Below, piece by piece: positions 29,275-32,000 of a stretch of 32,000 bases of DNA. The DNA is from Pyrodictium occultum (GTDB lineage Archaea; Thermoproteota; Thermoprotei_A; Sulfolobales; Pyrodictiaceae), in contig NZ_LNTB01000001.1 in NCBI RefSeq assembly GCF_001462395.1, positions 390,001 to 422,000 on the forward strand, in the 5' to 3' direction. Numbering within the stretch: the stretch's first letter is position 1; every line of letters begins with the position of its first letter. The position numbers were made by a program, and so were the translations under genes. The notes below the pieces were generated by a model that saw nothing but the letters and a program-made list of their open reading frames with translations, ran no database searches and was not told the DNA's origin.

Positions 29275-30225
29275 CTAGCCGGAGCCCTGCACTATGTCTG
29301 AGAGTATCCTCTCCACGAATCTGCGCGGCTCAAAGGGCTCCAGGTCCTCGTAGCGCTGGCCCACACCCATGAACAGTATCGGCTTCCCCGTCACCGCCGC
29401 CACGCTCAGAGCCGTGCCGCCCTTCACGTCGGCATCAACCTTTGTGAGCACTATGAAGTCTATCCCCACGGCCTTGTCGAAGAACTTAGCCTGCTCAACC
29501 GCATCATTCCCGGTTAGAGAGTCCACTATAAGCACGCGGTAGTCGGGCTTAGCCACACGGGTTATCTTACGGAGCTCCTCCATGAGGTCCCTGTCGGTGT
29601 GCAGCCTGCCAGCAGTATCTATCAGCACTACACGGTAGCCGCGGGCCCGCGCGTACTCTACGGCATCATATACCACTGCGGCGGGGTCGGCGCCATAACG
29701 GCCCCCTATGAAGGGGGCTCCTAGCCTCTCAGCATGCTTCCGCAGCTGCTCCTGAGCACCCGCACGGTAAGTGTCTGCAGCAGCTATCACAGGGGTTATA
29801 CCGTGGCTGCGAAGCATGTAGGCGAACTTGGCTATGGTAGTAGTCTTCCCCACCCCGTTGACTCCAAAGAACACTATCCTGAGGGGGTTCTCGGGCTGCC
29901 GCCGAGAAGCCTCCCCGAGCAGGTCAATAGGCTTGTAGCTGCGGCTCAGAACTTCCAGTATGGACTCCTCAAGTGCTTTGACCACGTGGTCACGAAGGTT
30001 CTTGAAGCGTGGGACCTTGCTGCCCACAAGCTTCCCTCGGAGCTTCTGCGCTATCTCCTCGGCCACCTCGAAGGCAACATCACTCTCGGCAAGACTCAAC
30101 ACAAGCTCCTCTAGTATAGGCTCAAGCTCCTCCTCGCTTATCTCCTTGGTAGCTACAACCTCTGTGACATTGTCAACGAACTTCTTCAGCGCCTTCTTAA
30201 GCCTCCCGAAGACCACACATACCAC
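29275..30225 (-). CDS. ftsY: Signal recognition particle receptor FtsY
   Basis: 316 aa. NG domain with GVNGVGKTTTIAK, DTAGR, TKVD. GTG start at 30225 (or GTG at 30216); no ATG is available. Confidence 0.94.
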   Translation of the reverse strand: MVCVVFGRLKKALKKFVDNVTEVVATKEISEEELEPILEELVLSLAESDVAFEVAEEIAQKLRGKLVGSKVPRFKNLRDHVVKALEESILEVLSRSYKPIDLLGEASRRQPENPLRIVFFGVNGVGKTTTIAKFAYMLRSHGITPVIAAADTYRAGAQEQLRKHAERLGAPFIGGRYGADPAAVVYDAVEYARARGYRVVLIDTAGRLHTDRDLMEELRKITRVAKPDYRVLIVDSLTGNDAVEQAKFFDKAVGIDFIVLTKVDADVKGGTALSVAAVTGKPILFMGVGQRYEDLEPFEPRRFVERILSDIVQGSG

Positions 30226-30339
30226 CCCGAGGGACAGCGCGCCGGCGTCTAAAAGAGAAGAGTGTGGCGCGCCAAGCCCAGGGGCAAGAGCCCTCCTGAG
30301 CTCCGAGGGGACGGCTACGTGCTAGCGCCGCTGCCCTTC

Positions 30340-30798
30340 TCAGCCACGAGCCCCCCTCTGCTGCTGGGCCGCCTGCAGAGCCTGCTCCACAGCCGAGCGC
30401 AGAGCCACATAATGCTCGGTGAGCTTGGCCAGTTCCCTCCTATAGGCGTCAAGGAGCCTCGAGACTGATGCCCTCTCCTCCCTTAGAAAGGCCAGGGCCT
30501 TATCCCGGGGAAGCTCGACGAACACATCGAGCCCAGCGTGAACTATGACCTGCTCCAGGGGCTTTACCGAGGCGCGCACAAGCACCTCGCCGCTGGTGTC
30601 GAGAGGCACTAGGGCGTCTTCAGCACCATCATGAACATCCATAATGGCTTCCTCTACCGCAGAGAGCTGTGCCAGCCTAGACTCTAGCTCCGCTGCGGCC
30701 GTCTGAAGCTGCTTTATCTGGCTCTCGAGGAGGGAGAGCTGCTCGATAGCCTCCTCAAGGGTTATAGCACGCTGCCCCTGCTGCCCGCCGGCACTCAA
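30340..30798 (-). CDS. pfdA: Prefoldin alpha subunit
   Basis: 152 aa. Coiled coil, beta-hairpin region (...ALVPLDTSGEVLVRASV...VIVHAGLDVFVE...), then coiled coil. The start overlaps the rplX stop by 4 nt. Confidence 0.85.
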   Translation of the reverse strand: MSAGGQQGQRAITLEEAIEQLSLLESQIKQLQTAAAELESRLAQLSAVEEAIMDVHDGAEDALVPLDTSGEVLVRASVKPLEQVIVHAGLDVFVELPRDKALAFLREERASVSRLLDAYRRELAKLTEHYVALRSAVEQALQAAQQQRGARG

Positions 30799-31058
30799 GG
30801 CTTAACCCACCTGGTGAGCCTCGCCAGGGCTAGGAGACTGCGATCCGGAACCTCATCGGGGGGCACCTCGACAACGCGATCAATCTTTATATGGTACCTC
30901 TTCAGCTTGTGGTTGCTGCCTAGCTCCGATAGCACCTTCTCCACAGCATGCTCCGGCTTCAGCGCACGAACGTACTTGCGGAACCTCCACCACTCCGGCA
31001 TCTTATGGGGCCGTATTAGCATCCTGCCCTCAACGAGGAAGAACTTAACCTCGCCCAT
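30795..31058 (-). CDS. rplX: 50S ribosomal protein LX (L18Ae/L20A family)
   Basis: 87 aa. MGEVKFFLVEGRMLIRPHKMPEWWRFRKYVRALKPEHAVEKVLSELGSNHKLKRYHIKI. Conserved eif6-rplX-pfdA-ftsY order. Confidence 0.85.
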   Translation of the reverse strand: MGEVKFFLVEGRMLIRPHKMPEWWRFRKYVRALKPEHAVEKVLSELGSNHKLKRYHIKIDRVVEVPPDEVPDRSLLALARLTRWVKP

Positions 31059-31088
31059 ACCGTGCCCCCGGGGGTCTGTGGGCCAGCG

Positions 31089-31766
31089 CTAGCCTCCAAG
31101 TCTTAAGGCTTGCTGGATCCTCATAAGCTCCGGGCCTGTAGTCTCGTCGCCTACGAGCGCTCCCTTGTTATTAGCCACGAGCCCTGCCTTCACGAAGTAG
31201 AGGCCAAAGTTGACGGTAGCTGTAGATACCTCCACGCGGAATATGTTGCTGAGAAGCTTCCTCTCCTCCTCGCTGACTCCCGGATGCACCACCCCGCCAC
31301 GATCCGTGACAACGATCATGGAGCCCACGGTAGGTATGTCTGCTAGATGCCTCTGGTAGACAGCCTCAACACCCAACACGTTCTTAATCTTCTCGAGAGC
31401 AGGCTTATCAATAGTGGGCGACACCAATGCGCCATAGTTGTTAGCCGCTATAAGGTTCCCGAGAGCCGTCTGCCTAATCTCGAGTATCTCCAGCCTAACC
31501 GCATCACCAATGTATTCCTTCAGCTCATCATACTCCTCGGGCTTTATAATCCTCGGGAGGAGGAGGCCCCGGTCATTCCCCGCCACCATGACGCCATTGA
31601 TAATCATGTCGGCTATCTTGACAGCGACCACTTCCACGCCGAGAACGTCGGCAACCTTCTTCCTATCCTTCTCAGTTATCGTAGGCGGGACCAGCGCTAT
31701 CTTATTGTTAGCAAATATGTAGACACCTATGTTCGGGTTCCCATGCACGTTCATGTATTCGATCAA
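31089..31766 (-). CDS. eif6: Translation initiation factor 6 (aIF6)
   Basis: 225 aa. ...[21 protein letters not shown]... with pentein-repeat periodicity throughout. Confidence 0.93.
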   Translation of the reverse strand: MIEYMNVHGNPNIGVYIFANNKIALVPPTITEKDRKKVADVLGVEVVAVKIADMIINGVMVAGNDRGLLLPRIIKPEEYDELKEYIGDAVRLEILEIRQTALGNLIAANNYGALVSPTIDKPALEKIKNVLGVEAVYQRHLADIPTVGSMIVVTDRGGVVHPGVSEEERKLLSNIFRVEVSTATVNFGLYFVKAGLVANNKGALVGDETTGPELMRIQQALRLGG

Positions 31767-31852
31767 TCAGCGTCCCCTGGGATCGCTGCTCCACGAGCCT
31801 AGGATAATTAGGAGTACTGCCTCAGGAGGATGAAGCGAGCCGGGGCAAAACT

Positions 31853-32000
31853 CTAGGCCTGGGCCTTGGCAGCCTCCTTCCTCCTGCGGAGGAGGAGAAC
31901 CTTAACCCTGCCGGTCTCCTCGTCCTTAACGGCCTTCACTGTTATGCGGCGTGGCGGCTTCTCTATCCCGCGAGACCATATGTACTCGTTGACGCTTGCA
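31853..32000 (-). CDS. rpl31e: 50S ribosomal protein L31e, C-terminal fragment (5' end outside the window)
   Basis: Hand translation of the minus strand gives ...ASVNEYIWSRGIEKPPRRITVKAVKDEETGRVKVLLLRRRKEAAKAQA*. The NE.iWsrGi.kPP.ri.V pattern is L31e, in the canonical position upstream of eif6. This ORF is not in the supplied track because it is open at the window edge. Confidence 0.8.
   Translation of the reverse strand, partial: ASVNEYIWSRGIEKPPRRITVKAVKDEETGRVKVLLLRRRKEAAKAQA

Overview
GC-rich archaeal chromosome segment. The gene content points to a hyperthermophilic crenarchaeon, probably Desulfurococcales and Aeropyrum-like: unsplit rpoB, split rpoA1/rpoA2, EF-1alpha, Spt5, aCPSF1, G1P dehydrogenase, and intron-containing tRNAs with encoded CCA. 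The taxonomic placement is inference from gene content and protein sequences only. Almost the whole window is tightly packed core information-processing genes, mostly on the minus strand. (i) The rpoH-rpoB-rpoA1-rpoA2-rpl30e-nusA-rps12 / rps7 / tuf / rps10 block lies at 1.3-13.6 kb. (ii) rpl37e-Sm, a PUA protein, aCPSF1, two proteasome beta subunits, egsA and nfi lie at 13.6-20.2 kb. (iii) A small tRNA island at 20.9-22.5 kb holds four tRNA genes, two with introns, plus one aberrant tRNA-like cloverleaf and short orphan ORFs. (iv) alaS lies at 23.2-26.0 kb, followed by secE-spt5-rpl11-rpl1-rplP0, ftsY, pfdA, rplX, eif6 and a partial rpl31e at 26.2-32.0 kb. I see no CRISPR array, transposase, integrase or recognisable defence system. 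The items most worth a second look are listed here. (1) A promoter-proximal tRNA-like four-way-junction RNA whose closing helix contains the start codon of an orphan ORF. (2) An overlapping alaS / NYN-like RNase / tRNA-Arg unit. (3) A truncated TFB-like zinc-ribbon protein. (4) A divergent DUF151/BFN gene inserted antisense between rps7 and rps12. (5) A 1-nt frameshift inside a transmembrane helix of a CxxCH-bearing membrane protein at the window start. (6) Absence of the P1/L12 gene after P0. All functional calls come from reading the translations by eye against remembered family motifs; no database search was run.
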